A DNA stretch of 64,000 nt from an uncultured archaeon (GCA_963782915.1 CAWALK010000023.1:1-64000); one strand, 5' to 3'; positions 1 to 12,290 are shown, numbered from the stretch's first letter. Numbers and translations: made by a program. Notes: a model not told the origin generated them from the sequence alone.

Positions 1-111
1 ACGGTTTTTCATTCTATTCCCGCAGTTAGGTTGGCATTGAGTGTCTTGGGCGGAGTATTTTTGGCGCTTATTCTTGTCACAGTGGTTCTGGCTTTTTTAA
101 AGCGAAAGTAA
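1..111 (+). CDS. 3' end of a membrane-anchored protein (partial)
   Basis: Frame 1 reads ...LALSVLGGVFLALILVTVVLAFLKRK*, a C-terminal TM helix with a basic tail. Confidence 0.5.
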   Translation, partial: TVFHSIPAVRLALSVLGGVFLALILVTVVLAFLKRK

Positions 112-184
112 GCTGAGCTATTGGATATCGACTTGAGCAGGTAATGCGGCTTTTCAGATTGACTTAAGTGCCCAAATTCAAACG

Positions 185-1057
185 CTAAAGGCTCAGTTTA
201 AGCGCAGTTTTATCCTCTTCTTTTCCAATATACTTCTTTTCACCCTTGAGACTAAGCGTGTACTCTATTGCTGGACCATCGCAGAGCAGAAAATCCCCTT
301 TTATGTTAGCAAAGAATCCGCTTTGAACTTGGGCGCCTAAATACTTCAGGAAATCCAAAAAGGCACTCTGGGTCATGCTTGAGGACGTTGTAAGAACCAC
401 ATCAAAGTTTCTGACAAGCGGTTTCCAAGAAAAAGATCCACCCCCATCAGCCACGTCCCCCAAAGTTTCTTCTACTGCACTGTGGCTTGTGTGTCTCTTT
501 AGATTAACTAAAACTTTGGTGAAGCCTTCGCCATGGATGTTGACGTATGCCCGCAGTGAGCCTTCTTCACCAAACGTTGAGTTTCCACATTCAATCTGCG
601 CTACAGCCTGAGCTAAAGCATGAGTTATAGAAAGCGACTGCCTCTCAGCAGTTATCTTCAAAGGTGACCAGGGAGACCGTAGAATAAACACCCATAAATC
701 GAATGCATATGGTAAATCGAAGTGGATGGCTGGCGCTCGGATTTCGCCGCTGACATTGCTGCTTATCAGTCCTGACGCTGGAAACACTCTGTTACCGAAT
801 TCTATGTTTATGATTTGGTCTTGCCCATCCGCACTTTCTGTGTATTGTGCTTGTGTTGGATTAAGCAGGGTTGGTGTGAATTGCCAATGTGAACTTTTCC
901 CCGAATGAACCCACATGAACTGCATGCTGGCTTCGCCGATGTAGACTGCTCTGGGTTTAAGCGGCGTTTTACTTCGTACACTAACGGTGGCGTCTCCGTT
1001 CTCTCCAATACTATACCACGCCTCGTTTTCCGCTGTCATATTGTAGGATGGTGCCAT
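185..1057 (-). CDS. hypothetical protein (290 aa)
   Basis: Long ORF with no recognised motif. Confidence 0.65.
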   Translation of the reverse strand: MAPSYNMTAENEAWYSIGENGDATVSVRSKTPLKPRAVYIGEASMQFMWVHSGKSSHWQFTPTLLNPTQAQYTESADGQDQIINIEFGNRVFPASGLISSNVSGEIRAPAIHFDLPYAFDLWVFILRSPWSPLKITAERQSLSITHALAQAVAQIECGNSTFGEEGSLRAYVNIHGEGFTKVLVNLKRHTSHSAVEETLGDVADGGGSFSWKPLVRNFDVVLTTSSSMTQSAFLDFLKYLGAQVQSGFFANIKGDFLLCDGPAIEYTLSLKGEKKYIGKEEDKTALKLSL

Positions 1058-1211
1058 CGCGTTTTTTCCTCTTTGAATAGTTCTATTCGGGTATGCAGTG
1101 GTTGCTTATTTATTTTACACTTCAAAACACGTGGTGTAGCTGACTTTTTGCAGTCACATACCCTTAAGTGCGTTCGCTGGTTAGCAACTAATTGACCCAT
1201 CCAAATAGGAG

Positions 1212-1580
1212 GTGGATATATTTTTGAGAAAAGAAAACGAGGAAGTCCTCACAACCACATCAAGCCAAGGCGACACCAGCTTCATGGTATGCAAAACCGA
1301 TGAGGAAAACAAAAACCAAAAAACCTGCATGGACGTAGACAACCCAAATCCAAACCGTCCAAACAAATCAGCAAACCCAGCGAAACCGATGCTTGATAAT
1401 AACACCTATGACTTGATGGAGCAGTTGCTAATCGAGAACAAGAGTCTCTGGCGTATAAAGAACAACTACAAAAACGACTCCGCAATGGACAACGAAACAA
1501 AGCAGGTCTGGAACTTCATTGAGAAGGACAAAGAGGAACTGGTAAAGATGCTTACAGAGAAACTAAAAGAACGCCTCTAA
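1212..1580 (+). CDS. small helical hypothetical protein; true start probably 1329 or later
   Basis: Conserved-looking C-terminal part DNNTYDLMEQLLIENKSLWRIK...; followed by a T-run. Confidence 0.6.
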   Translation: MDIFLRKENEEVLTTTSSQGDTSFMVCKTDEENKNQKTCMDVDNPNPNRPNKSANPAKPMLDNNTYDLMEQLLIENKSLWRIKNNYKNDSAMDNETKQVWNFIEKDKEELVKMLTEKLKERL

Positions 1581-1648
1581 GCTTCGATACACATCCCTTT
1601 TTTGTACCTTAAATTTTATATTTTCAGTTAAGCTCAACTACCCCTTTA

Positions 1649-2420
1649 ATGCCAAAACCCCTGTTCCGTGGCGTCACTTGGAGGCAACCACTCGTCTTTA
1701 TAGTGGCAACTTTTGTCTGCACGGTTTTGGCTATTTACGCGGTTGTTGCAGCACCCGTCGATTCAGCGGCTGGAGCAGCTACGGGCGTTTCAGGGCTTTA
1801 TTTTGCTGCGGCAGTGTATGTGCCTTTGGCGCTTTGGTTTGGCATCTGGGGCTGCCTCGCAGGCTATGTTAGTTGCCTCTTCATGGGTTTATACTTGAAC
1901 TCTTTGGGTGTTCCTGGTTATACTTTGGGTTTTATTCTTGTTTGGTCACTGGCCGATTTCTTTGAAGGGTCTGGTGCCGCTTCTGATTTATCGGTCCCTA
2001 AAAACCAAGCCTACCTTGAAGTTGAAGCGCCCAAAACTAACTTACGCATTAAACGCGTTGCTCTTGGCTGTTTTAGCCTTTTCAGCGTATTTCCTTGTTT
2101 ATTCTTACTCGACGGCTTTCATAGCAACCTTCGCCTTAAGCATCACAATAGTGCTTGTTCAGGCAGCAGTTGAAGACCGCAAAACATGGCTAACTTGGCT
2201 CCCAATAGGCGTCTTGCTCGCCAGCTTCGTCTCTGGAATCTTTGGGGTTGGTGCTATGGCGGCTTTCGGCATGATTCCTATGGCGATTTTTCAAACGGTC
2301 TTCTTTGGCTGGGTCTTCGGCGACATAATCGTGCTTGCCACGTTGGGCACCGTGCTTACGGTTGTACTGAATCCGTTCATTGTTAAGTCAAAAATCTATA
2401 TTCGCCGATTCATCTCATAG
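1649..2420 (+). CDS. multi-pass membrane protein (ECF S-component/QueT-like), split by a +1 indel near 1968
   Basis: Two overlapping hydrophobic ORFs join at gaaGGGtctg; motif LWFGIWGCLAGY. Confidence 0.6.
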
Positions 2421-3057
2421 ATCCGATTCCGTGAAGACGTGCCGCTGTCCACCATTAAACAAATAGACCTCGCCTATCGCGGATAATTTTCGGTTCTCAT
2501 AGATGAGTGCTGAATCTTTAGGAACCGCAAAAATCGTCTCCTTCAAAGAAAACCGTTTCAAAGTCTCATCGTTTTCCATTATATAATGAGCTTTTAGCGT
2601 AATATCTGCTAAACCTAAACCGTTGACCACTCGGACTCTTCCGTTGCTGCGGCAGGTGGTTACGCATCTTTTGCATAAAGCTAATGCGCCTGCGCTTCTG
2701 CCAACGATGATGCCCCTGTAAGGTTTGAGTTGATTGTCGAGGTGCATGGTTTTGGTTCTTTCGATTAATATGCTGGTTTGTCCGCCTGTCAAATAAATAA
2801 GGTCTGAAGCAGCGATTTTATCCGCTATATCCTCTGTTTCTTGGTATTCGATGAATTCCACAGAGTCGGCGCCCATGCTTCTGAAATAGTCGGTTACAAG
2901 TTTGCGTCTTTTGATATATTTTATCGAATCCTGGTCTTGCCCACGGAAAAACCAGCACATTAGGTGTTGCGCCTGCATCTTCGAAGGCTCTCTGGTTTAT
3001 CTCTTTAGCACTTCTTTGGGAGACGTTCTCTCCGCCTAAAAGGTACAGCTTGGGCAT
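2415..3057 (-). CDS. peptidase E / S51 (class I glutamine amidotransferase-like), frameshifted
   Basis: LYLLGG at the N-terminus, DLIYLTGG, GRSAGA nucleophile elbow, KAHY. Confidence 0.75.
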
Positions 3058-3095
3058 AGACCCCATAAAATGGTTAAACAGTAATTAAAAGAGAA

Positions 3096-3792
3096 CTACT
3101 CTACTACAGCCAAATACTTCACAAGCATTGGCTCTGTGGTTTGGTTAAGTGAATACAGTGTTTTTAATCCGTCATTAACTTGCAGTACAAATCGTGTGTC
3201 TCTGAGTGTTTTCATTTGCCAGGATAGTGCCTGCGAGGAAATTGTGACTTCATCGGCTAATTTGCCATGGGACAACTCCTTTTTCCCGAGGAGGACTTCG
3301 ATAATTCGTTTAGCTGTTTTATGGCGCAGTACACAGATTGTCATCATTTCCTTCTTTGAGAACCGTTTGGATACAAAAAACCGTTTATACCGTCCATCAC
3401 GAACAAAGGAAACTAAACCTGCCCTAACAAGGATGCCCAGATGGTATTCTGCTAATCCGAGTGGTAGGCAGAGTGCGGTGCAGATGGCTCGGAATTGTAT
3501 GCCTGGGTTTTGGTTGATGTAGGCGAAGATGTCGTTTCTGGTGCTGTTGACTAGGTATGTTTGGGCTGCTGTTGGCGCTTGAAAAGTTAACGATGGCGTT
3601 ATGGCGAGGAAGGTGAAGTGGTTTATGGTTACTGCGTTGAGGCCCTCTAAACTTGTTACTTGTAATTCGTGTCCATTGTGTGTAGCTGTATTTGAAGTTC
3701 TGCTGCTGATACAGTTGCGTTGTGAAGCTGCCTATGATAACGGCGAATAATGCTAAAGCAGCTATGGATGTTGTTACCTGTTTTTTGGTCAC
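3096..3792 (-). CDS. membrane-anchored winged-helix transcriptional regulator, frameshifted
   Basis: N-terminal TM segment; C-terminal wHTH (ELSHGKLADEVTISSQALSWQMKTL). Confidence 0.6.
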
Positions 3793-4000
3793 GGGTTTTC
3801 GCTGTATGGCTATTTGTGGTTGTTGTTTTTAACTTTATTTGTAAACAACTGTACTAGTCTCTGATTTGCCAAGAAGTTTTTGTGTTAGTGTAAACTTGGT
3901 TTGTTTTCGCAGCTAACGGGTGGTACTCTACCTACCTCAGAGGTACCTACCCCTCCCTTATTTAAAGGATAAATAGGCAGCTAAAATTGAGCGATAACCC

Positions 4001-4501
4001 TTAGAGGAGTTCGCTTACGCCATAACGGCAATCAATAACCCTAAGCAAACCCTTACGCAACTCCTCGCCCTTCAAACTCTCAGCCCGTAAACCCGAAACA
4101 TCCAACGCCAAATCTCCATCGCCTACAACGTCTCGGAGCCAATTCTCAAAGTCGCCCCTGTACAAGTGAAACTCTAACGCGTCAGAACACACCTGTTTAG
4201 CCAAACGGTAAAATTCTTCGAGCGAATGCGCAGAGAAACCCAGTGGCTTATCCACTTCAACGTAGAAGCTAAAAGTTTTATCTTCAGGCACCTGTAACGT
4301 AGCTTTGAGTGCGTTTTTGCCCTTGTCTGTTAAGCCGTATCCTGTGCCGACTTTGTGCAGAAAGCCATCCGTTGCCAACTGCTGGATCATTGCTATGGCT
4401 TCGTTTGGGGTTAGGTTTACGGCGTGTGAGAACATGGTTAAGTCCATGCGGCTTGTGGCTTCACTCATGGTTTTTAGGATTTTTTGTTGGGTGTCATTCA
4501 A
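4001..4501 (-). CDS. wHTH + DUF5752-like domain protein
   Basis: N-terminal wHTH (YGLTDKG); C-terminal SLEEF...LEFHLYRGDFENWL. Confidence 0.7.
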   Translation of the reverse strand: MNDTQQKILKTMSEATSRMDLTMFSHAVNLTPNEAIAMIQQLATDGFLHKVGTGYGLTDKGKNALKATLQVPEDKTFSFYVEVDKPLGFSAHSLEEFYRLAKQVCSDALEFHLYRGDFENWLRDVVGDGDLALDVSGLRAESLKGEELRKGLLRVIDCRYGVSELL

Positions 4502-4698
4502 GAATTTTGCGCCTCGGCATCTATCATTAGTGAATTCATGTAATTTAAATGTGTCAATACCGATTGAGCTGTTGTTTTTAAGGGCTTATCAATTGTTCTA
4601 GTTAAGCCTGCGAAAAAGGGTCTGGGGCGCCATGAATTGTTGCACCCAAAAAATGGCTGCTAAAAAGGGAAAGGGTCAAGGTGGCTAAGTTTTACTCA

Positions 4699-5436
4699 TC
4701 AACTTTTTGGTTCGCTTGAACCAACTTCTTTGACGTAGCCTTTTACCACTTCATCAGTTAACATACTAAACTTCTTTGTCGCAGCAGGTATGGTGGCAAG
4801 TTTTAGTCTGATAGGCAATTGCCTTGCTTCCAGTGATTTCACTAAGCATTTTACTGCGAGTTTTGTGCTTTCTTCAAGAGTTAAACCTTCACGGTACTCT
4901 TCTTTTAGCATCGGTAGAACGGTGTCTGTTCCTGCACCTATGGCTGTAGCTTTGTATCCCATGTAGTTTCCGCTTGGATGAGTTGCAACAACATGTGAGC
5001 CTGTTTTGTCGACTCCTCCGAAGATCATGGCTACGCCGAAGGGTCGTCCGCCGCCATGTTGAGTGTAGGTTTGTTGGGTGTCGCACATTTTTTCGGTTAC
5101 GACGTCTACATCGATGGGTTCATCATATGTTAGTTTGTTGCTTTGGGCGTCGATGCGTGCTTGGTCGATTAGGACTCTTGCATCGGAACTTAAGCCTACT
5201 ATGGCTGCTCCGATGTGTTCGTCTATTTGGAAGATTTTCCATGATTCGTTTTGGTCTTCAAAAAGTTCGACGTTTTCTTCTGAACCTAGAACAACGCCTT
5301 CTGCGCATTTTATGCCTATTATGGTGGCTCCACGGTTCACTAATTCTCGTGCGTATTCGACTTGGTATAGTCGTCCATCGGGCGAGAAAACGGTTGCGTT
5401 ATAGTCGTATGCTCCTGGTTTTTGAAATACTGACAT
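4699..5436 (-). CDS. psmA: proteasome alpha subunit
   Basis: TVFSPDGRLYQVEYA, GLSSDARVL, YTQHGGGRPFG. Confidence 0.95.
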   Translation of the reverse strand: MSVFQKPGAYDYNATVFSPDGRLYQVEYARELVNRGATIIGIKCAEGVVLGSEENVELFEDQNESWKIFQIDEHIGAAIVGLSSDARVLIDQARIDAQSNKLTYDEPIDVDVVTEKMCDTQQTYTQHGGGRPFGVAMIFGGVDKTGSHVVATHPSGNYMGYKATAIGAGTDTVLPMLKEEYREGLTLEESTKLAVKCLVKSLEARQLPIRLKLATIPAATKKFSMLTDEVVKGYVKEVGSSEPKS

Positions 5437-5668
5437 GGCGTTGCCTCAATTTGAGTAATGAAATATGTTTTTGGGGCACATATAAGGATACGCTAATTCA
5501 AGCCGCGAACTGTTGGTTTATTTACACCTCAAAAACAACATGCAACACAAAATTAGATGCATATCTCCCCATAAAACCATCGTTAACTACTGATTTGGCT
5601 TAAGCAACCTAACGAAATAGCCTATGCATGGCAAGTATTATTAAGCCAAGCGCTAAACAATAGCGTAA

Positions 5669-6001
5669 GTGATGCATTTGACGACCGATTTTCTCATAGT
5701 CATAGTCACAACCAAAGACAAAGCAGAAGCAGAAAAAATCAGCCAAACCCTACTCGCCGAGAGATTAATTGCATGCGCCAACATCATAAGCCCAGTTGCG
5801 TCATGTTTTCTTTGGCAGGGCAAAATCAACCAAGCCGAAGAATGCTTGGTGGTAATGAAGACTCGGAAGAGCTTGTTTGGGGAATTGACGCTTTGTATTA
5901 GGTCTTTGCATAGTTATGAGGTGCCTGAGGTTTTAGCGTTGCCGATTGTGGATGGTTCTGAGGCTTATTTGTCGTGGCTGGGCAGTGTTTTGAGATCCTA
6001 A
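5669..6001 (+). CDS. cutA: divalent-cation tolerance protein CutA
   Basis: LIACANI, WQGKI, LHSYEVPEVLALPI. Confidence 0.92.
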   Translation: MMHLTTDFLIVIVTTKDKAEAEKISQTLLAERLIACANIISPVASCFLWQGKINQAEECLVVMKTRKSLFGELTLCIRSLHSYEVPEVLALPIVDGSEAYLSWLGSVLRS

Positions 6002-6099
6002 AACCTGTTTCCTGTACATTTATGTACAAATAAGCCTTAAATAAGGCATTGCTGATTGTTTGTGAACTAACGGAGCATGATACAAATGGGGAATCGCCT

Positions 6100-7506
6100 T
6101 TGGCAAAACGCCAACACAACAACCAAAAATCAAACCACTAAACTACGTTAAATTCACCTACACCAACCAACCCATAGAAGTATTCACAAAACTCCACCAA
6201 AAATACCAAACCGCCTACCTCCTCGAATCAATCGAAGGACCCCAAAAACTCGCCCAATTCTCATTCTTAGGATTCGACCCAAAAACAACCATAACCGCCA
6301 AAAACGGCACAGTCACCACCACCAACACAAAAACCGGGCAATCCACAACACAACAAACCAGCGACCCCTTCAAAATCATCCAAGAACAACTCCAACCCTA
6401 CCAAAACGACATGGTGGATTTCCGTTTTGTCGGAGGCGCATTAGGCTACATCAGCTATGACGCCATAAGATACATCGAAAAACTCCCCAACCAAAAACCC
6501 GACACCTTGGGCTTCCCAGATGTGGAAATGGGCATATTCGAAGATGGCGTCGTCTTTGACCATACCCAAAATCAAGCTTACTACTATTTCAGAGCCGAAA
6601 ACCGCTTAAAAGAAATCGAATCGCTCCTCAAAGAACCCGCCACAGAAGAGGAACCCTTCACCTATACCCAACCAACGGTGGATACGGCTAAAGAGGATTT
6701 TGAGAAAGCCGTCGAAAAAGCCAAACAATACGTCACCGCAGGGGACATTTTCCAAGTTGTTCTCTCCAAACGCTTCCAATTCCAATACACAGGAAGCCTC
6801 CTAACCTTCTACAAGAGTCTGCGCCAGATTAACCCTTCACCATACATGTTCTATTACAAGTCTGGTGACCGCCAGATTGTTGGTGCGAGCCCCGAAATGC
6901 TGGTACGCATCGATAAAGGTAAAGTTGTGACTTTCCCAATAGCAGGCACAACACCCGTGACAGCGAACGCACAGGAGAACCTGCGGCTGGGCAAAGAACT
7001 CCTCCTTGACCAAAAAGAACGTGCCGAACATGTTATGCTTGTGGATTTAGCACGAAACGATGTTGGGCAGAATCAGCAAACCCGGCAGCGTAACCGTGCC
7101 CGAGTTCATGCAGGTTCACCAGTTCAGCCACGTACAGCACATCGTCTCCCAAGTGATGGGCGACTTAAAAGACGGCTTAGAAAGCTTCGATGCCCTAAAA
7201 TCTGTCTTCCCGGCAGGCACAGTTTCAGGCGCACCCAAAGTCCGAGCCATGGAAATCATCGAAGAACTCGAACCATCCCGCCGAGGACCATACGCTGGCG
7301 CAGTCGGCTACTTCAGCTGCAACGGCAACGCAGACTTCGCAATAACAATACGCACCCTATTCTCAGAAGGCAACCAAGCCTACATACAAGCCGGCGCAGG
7401 CATAGTCGCCGACTCCAACCCCGAGAAAGAGTGGATGGAAACAGACCATAAAGCCAAGGCGCTCATGAAAGCGCTGGAGCATGCCCAAGGAGGCACACAG
7501 CAATGA
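6100..7506 (+). CDS. trpE: anthranilate synthase component I; start approximate, +1 indel near 7065
   Basis: Upstream in-frame [18 protein letters not shown] at about 6219; [39 protein letters not shown]. Confidence 0.93.
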
Positions 7507-8088
7507 AAGTCTTAGTCATCGACAACTACGATTCATTCGTTTACAACCTCGTCCAGTACATCGGTGAGCAAGGCGCAGAAACCGCTGTTTACCGAAACGA
7601 CCAAATTACACTGCAGGAAGCTGCCAAACTCAAGCCCGACCGCATAGTCATCTCACCCGGACCCGGCAACCCCGAAGACGAAAAGTTCTTCGGCGTCTGC
7701 AAAGCTATCCTGCAAACACTCAGCCCAACCATCCCAACACTTGGGCGTCTGCTTGGGTCACCAAGGCATAATCCACACATACGGCGGCAAAGTCGTCCAT
7801 GCCAAAAAATTGATGCACGGCAAAACCTGCACCATCCGCCACAACCAGCAAGGCGTCTTTAAAGGCGTACGCAACCCCTTCAACGCCACACGCTACCACT
7901 CACTGGCAGGCGAACGCAGCTCCATCCCAGACTGCCTAGAAATCACCGCGGAAGCAGTTGACGACGGCGAAATCATGGGCATACAGCACAAAAAATTTCC
8001 AATCTATGGCGTCCAATTCCACCCCGAAAGCATCCTGTGCGAAGACGGCAAACTAATCATCAAAAACTTCCTGGAGAATAAGCCATGA
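7503..8088 (+). CDS. trpG: anthranilate synthase component II (+1 indel near 7745)
   Basis: IDNYDSF, SPGPG, GVCLGHQ, RYHSL, QFHPES. Confidence 0.95.
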
Positions 8089-9141
8089 TTCGCGAAGGCA
8101 TCCAGAAACTCATCGAAGGCACCGACCTCACTTACGAGGAGTCAGGTGCCATCATGAATGAGGTTATGTCTGGCAAAGCCACCAACAGCCAAACCGCAGC
8201 CTTCCTTACGGCATTACGCATGAAAGGTGAAGCCGTTGATGAGATTATAGCGTTTGCGTCTGTAATGAAGAGTCACTGCCGATTAATCCACCCTAAAGTC
8301 CAGGGTCGACTCGTCGATATCGTTGGTACAGGCGGAGACAAAATCAAAACCTTCAACGTCAGCACCGCAGCCGCATTCGTCATTGCAGGCGCAGGTATCC
8401 CAGTAGCAAAACATGGTAACCGAGCCGTCACAAGCAAAACCGGCAGCGCCGACGTCTTGGAAAAACTTGGACTTAAACCTAACCTTAGAGCCACAAGCAA
8501 TAGAGGCCATAATTGAGCAGGTGGGCGTGGGCTTCATGTTTGCACCCGCGTTCCACCCGGCCATGAAGTATGCGGCTGAACCCAGAAAAGAGATTGGCAT
8601 ACGCACAGTCTTCAACATCTTGGGCCCATTAACTAACCCGGCATCCGCCAGCGCCCAAATACTCGGCGTTTACGACGCTAAACTGGTTGAGCCCATGGCT
8701 TATGCTTTGCAGAAGTTGGGTTGTCAAGAAGCCATCGTTGTGCATGGACTTGACGGTTTAGATGAGATTTCCACAGTCGGAAAAACTGTAATCGCCCACC
8801 TTAAAGACGGAATAATCAAAGTGAGCGAGGTGTCTCCTGCCGATTTCGGCTTAAAACAAGTCCGCGCAAGCGACTTGCAATGTGGCTCAGCTGAGGAAAG
8901 CGCCGAAACCCTGTTCCGAATCTTAACTGGAAAAGCCAACGGTACCGCTAAAGCCGATATTGTCCTAGTCAACGCTGCCGCAGGAATCATCGTTGGCGGA
9001 AAAGCATCCGACTTCAAAGAGGCTATGGCGTTAGCCAAAAAATCTATTCAGAGCGGCGCAGCCTACAGTAAACTAAAAAGCATGATAAAAGCGTCAGGTG
9101 GCAACTTGGCAAAACTCGAGGAGTTGGAAGCACATGACTGA
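8085..9141 (+). CDS. trpD: anthranilate phosphoribosyltransferase (+1 indel near 8477)
   Basis: DIVGTGGD, KHGNR, FNILGPLTNP, GLDEIS. Confidence 0.95.
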
Positions 9142-9914
9142 TTTCATGGATACCTTGGCGATGGATGCCGTAAAAACCATTGACAGCGGCTACTACCGAA
9201 ACGTCAAAGCCATAAACCAGCCAAAAATCAGCTTAAAAGCCGCAATCCAAAACTGCAAAGCTAACGCAGTCATAACTGAAATAAAATCGGCTTCGCCCTC
9301 GCTTGGAACCATACGCAGCAGCATCAACCCAGCAGAGATTGCATCGGCGATGCAAAGAGGCGGCGCAGTCGGTATATCAGTCTTAACGGAACCAGTCCAT
9401 TTCAATGGGTCACTGGAAACACTCACTCAAGCCCGTAAAGCGGTACAGCTGCCGATTCTGATGAAGGACATCGTCATAGTTGCAGACCAAATTGAAGCCG
9501 GCGCAAAGCTAGGAGCAAACGCGGTGCTGCTTATTCAAGCGCTATTCGATAAGCGTTGCTGCGAAATGAACGTTGACAAAATGATAGCTTATGCCCACAA
9601 TCAGGGTCTTGAGGTGCTGCTTGGAAACCCACACTGAAGCCGAATTCAAAGCGGCACTCGAAACCGAAGCCGACTTAATCGGCATCAACAACCGCAACCT
9701 ATCAACCCTAAAAATTGACTTGGAAACAACCTGCAAAATCCTGCAAAAACACAAACCCTCAGGCAAAGTCGTTATCAGTGAAAGCGGCATCAAAACCCCC
9801 GGCGACCTCCAATACCTCCGTGGTTGCGGTGCCGACGCTTTCCTTGTCGGTTCAAGCATCATGTTAACAGACGATATAGAATCAAAAGTTAAGGAGTTAG
9901 TGAATACCCCATGA
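9134..9914 (+). CDS. trpC: indole-3-glycerol phosphate synthase (+1 indel near 9625)
   Basis: [30 protein letters not shown]. Confidence 0.93.
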
Positions 9915-11115
9915 ATAAAAAAATTAGCAGCTATCCAGTTGATGGCAAATACGGCAAGTACGGCGGACGCTTCGTCCCCGAAGTGTTAATGGAAGCCATA
10001 ACTGAACTCGAAAAAGCCTACACCGAAGCCTGCAAAGACCCTGAATTCCAAAAGAAACTCGATTATTACTTGGCAGAATTCGTTGGGCGACCCAACCCCG
10101 CTTTACTATGCCGAAAACCTGAGCCGCAGGCTCGGAGGCGCAAAAATCTATCTTAAACGTGAAGACCTCGCACATGGCGGAGCACACAAAATCAACAACA
10201 CCCTTGGACAAGCGCTGCTCGCTAAACGCATGGGCAAAACCCGTGTCATCGCCGAAACCGGCGCAGGGCAACACGGCGTCGCCACAGCCATCGCCTGTGC
10301 AGCATTGGGACTCAAAGGCGTCGTGTACATGGGCACCGAAGACTGTGAACGCCAACGCCTAAACGTCTACCGCATGAGACTGCTAAACACCGAAGTCCAC
10401 CCGGTTGATTCAGGGCTCTAAAACACTCAAGGACTCGATTAATGAGGCGTTCCGTGACTGGGTAACCAACTTAGAATCCACTTACTACTTGATCGGCTCA
10501 ACCATGGGACCGCATCCTTACCCAATGATGGTACGTGACTTCCAAAGCGTGATCGGCAAAGAAATCAAACAGCAATTCAAAGCCAAAACCGGCGGATTGC
10601 CCGATGCACTCGTCGCCTGTGTAGGCGGCGGAAGCAACGCCATGGGCACCTTCTACCCCTTCGAAGACGACACAGACGTGAAACTCTACGGCGTCGAAGC
10701 CGCAGGCGAAGGCATCGAATCCGGCAAACACTCCGCCACTTTAGCGGCGGGTTCAGAGGGCATATTCCACGGCATGTACACCTATGTCCTGCAGGATAAG
10801 AATGGGCAAATCGCCGAAACCCACAGCGTATCCGCAGGCTTAGATTACCCCGGCGTCGGACCCGAACACTCATTCCTCAAAACCATCAAACGCGCAGAAT
10901 ACGTCTATGCCAACGACAAAGAAGCCGTCGACGCATTCCTCACCCTTTGCAAAGAAGAAGGCATAATCCCCGCATTGGAGTCCTCGCATGCATTAGCCCA
11001 CGCCATCAAACTCGCCCCTAAAATGCAGAAATCCCAATCAATCGTCGTCACCCTATCCGGACGCGGCGACAAAGACGTGGAAACAATCGCAAAATACACA
11101 GGTGCAAAAATATGA
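9911..11115 (+). CDS. trpB: tryptophan synthase beta chain (two +1 indels)
   Basis: [47 protein letters not shown]. Confidence 0.96.
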
Positions 11116-11921
11116 ACACCATAAAAACGGTCTTCCAAAAGCAGAAGCAGCTGGGAAACGGCTGCTTAATCGGCTACATAACCGCAGGCGACCCAACGCC
11201 CGAGCGGACACCGGAAATCGCAGATGCACTCATCAGGGGAGGGGTAGACATCCTTGAGCTAGGCTTGCCTTTCTCGGACCCAATCGCTGATGGCCCAACT
11301 ATCCAGAATGCAAGCCTACGCGCACTAAAAGCAGGCACCACACCCATGCGAGTGGTTGAAATCGCCAAAGAAATCAAGAGCCGACACGATATTCCAGTCG
11401 TAATCATGACCTACTATAACCCCGTCTTCAAATTTGGCGTAGAGCGATTCCTTGCCGCAGCCAAAGAAGCAGGGGTGGATGGGTTTATTGTGCCCGATTT
11501 GCCGGTTGAAGAAGCAGATGAGTACCGCAAAGCAGCCAAAACAGCCAAGTTGGACACAATTTTCCTTGCGTCGCCAGCAACCTCCAAAGAGCGCCTATGC
11601 AAAATCGTCGATGCCTCCTCAGGCTTCCTCTATTTGGTTTCTCGCTTCGGAGTCACAGGTGCACAATCAGCAGTCGCGGATACAACAGTTGAGCTTATCA
11701 AGAAGGTGCAGCCTTTTACAGCCGGAAAGGTGCCTTTGGCAGTGGGCTTTGGCATCTCCAAACCCGAACACGTAAAAAGGGTCATCGATGCAGGTGCAGA
11801 CGCAGCCATCGTGGGATCAGCCTTCATTAACATAATCGAGAAAAACACTAAAGACATGCTAGAGGAACTGGAGCAAACTGCAGCAGCGCTCAAAGCCGCC
11901 ACAAAAACCGCCCAACCTTAA
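11112..11921 (+). CDS. trpA: tryptophan synthase alpha chain
   Basis: [27 protein letters not shown]. Confidence 0.96.
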   Translation: MNTIKTVFQKQKQLGNGCLIGYITAGDPTPERTPEIADALIRGGVDILELGLPFSDPIADGPTIQNASLRALKAGTTPMRVVEIAKEIKSRHDIPVVIMTYYNPVFKFGVERFLAAAKEAGVDGFIVPDLPVEEADEYRKAAKTAKLDTIFLASPATSKERLCKIVDASSGFLYLVSRFGVTGAQSAVADTTVELIKKVQPFTAGKVPLAVGFGISKPEHVKRVIDAGADAAIVGSAFINIIEKNTKDMLEELEQTAAALKAATKTAQP

Positions 11922-11970
11922 CCCCCTGAGTTGGGGAATGTTTTAATCCCCGAATACAGCAGTTAATGTC

Positions 11971-12290
11971 GGCGATGGATCTTAGGCGGTGGGTTAGGGG
12001 TCCATTATCTCCGTAAATCCCCTCTATGACGGGCTAACATCGGCAGATGAGGCGTTTAAGGCCGTCTGGATCTTCATTTCCGAACCAGTGACTATCCGTC
12101 CTTTGGGGCTGGCGGTCAGTGGGTGGCTTCCGTAGGGAAGTTGCTTCACTGTTTAGCAGGCGAACCTGGCTAGGCTCGGGAGAGAGCAACCTAAGTTTGG
12201 ACGTTATGCGCTCAAGGGGGTGCGGGTAAGAGAGTAGGAGTGAGGGTGTCCAGGCGGAGTCTGGGCGTCGAACTGCCGTGGTCCATCGCT
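11971..12290 (+). ncRNA. ffs: archaeal signal recognition particle (7S/SRP) RNA
   Basis: 5' GGCGATGGA pairs with 3' TCCATCGCT (helix 1); Alu-domain GGGTTAGGGGTCC; helix 6 GCTTCC-GTAG-GGAAGT; helix 8 AGGCTC-GGGA-GAGAGCAACC; about 320 nt; TTTTAA about 25-30 nt upstream. Confidence 0.93.

Noticed and set aside
6100-11115. Frameshifts in trpE, G, D, C and B (also cbiO, cbiL, cbiH, sirC, hemL, hemC) as pseudogenisation or programmed recoding
   Set aside because: Almost all are single-base indels in 2-4 nt homopolymers, spread over unrelated conserved genes without nonsense codons or motif decay. This pattern is typical of uncorrected sequencing error.
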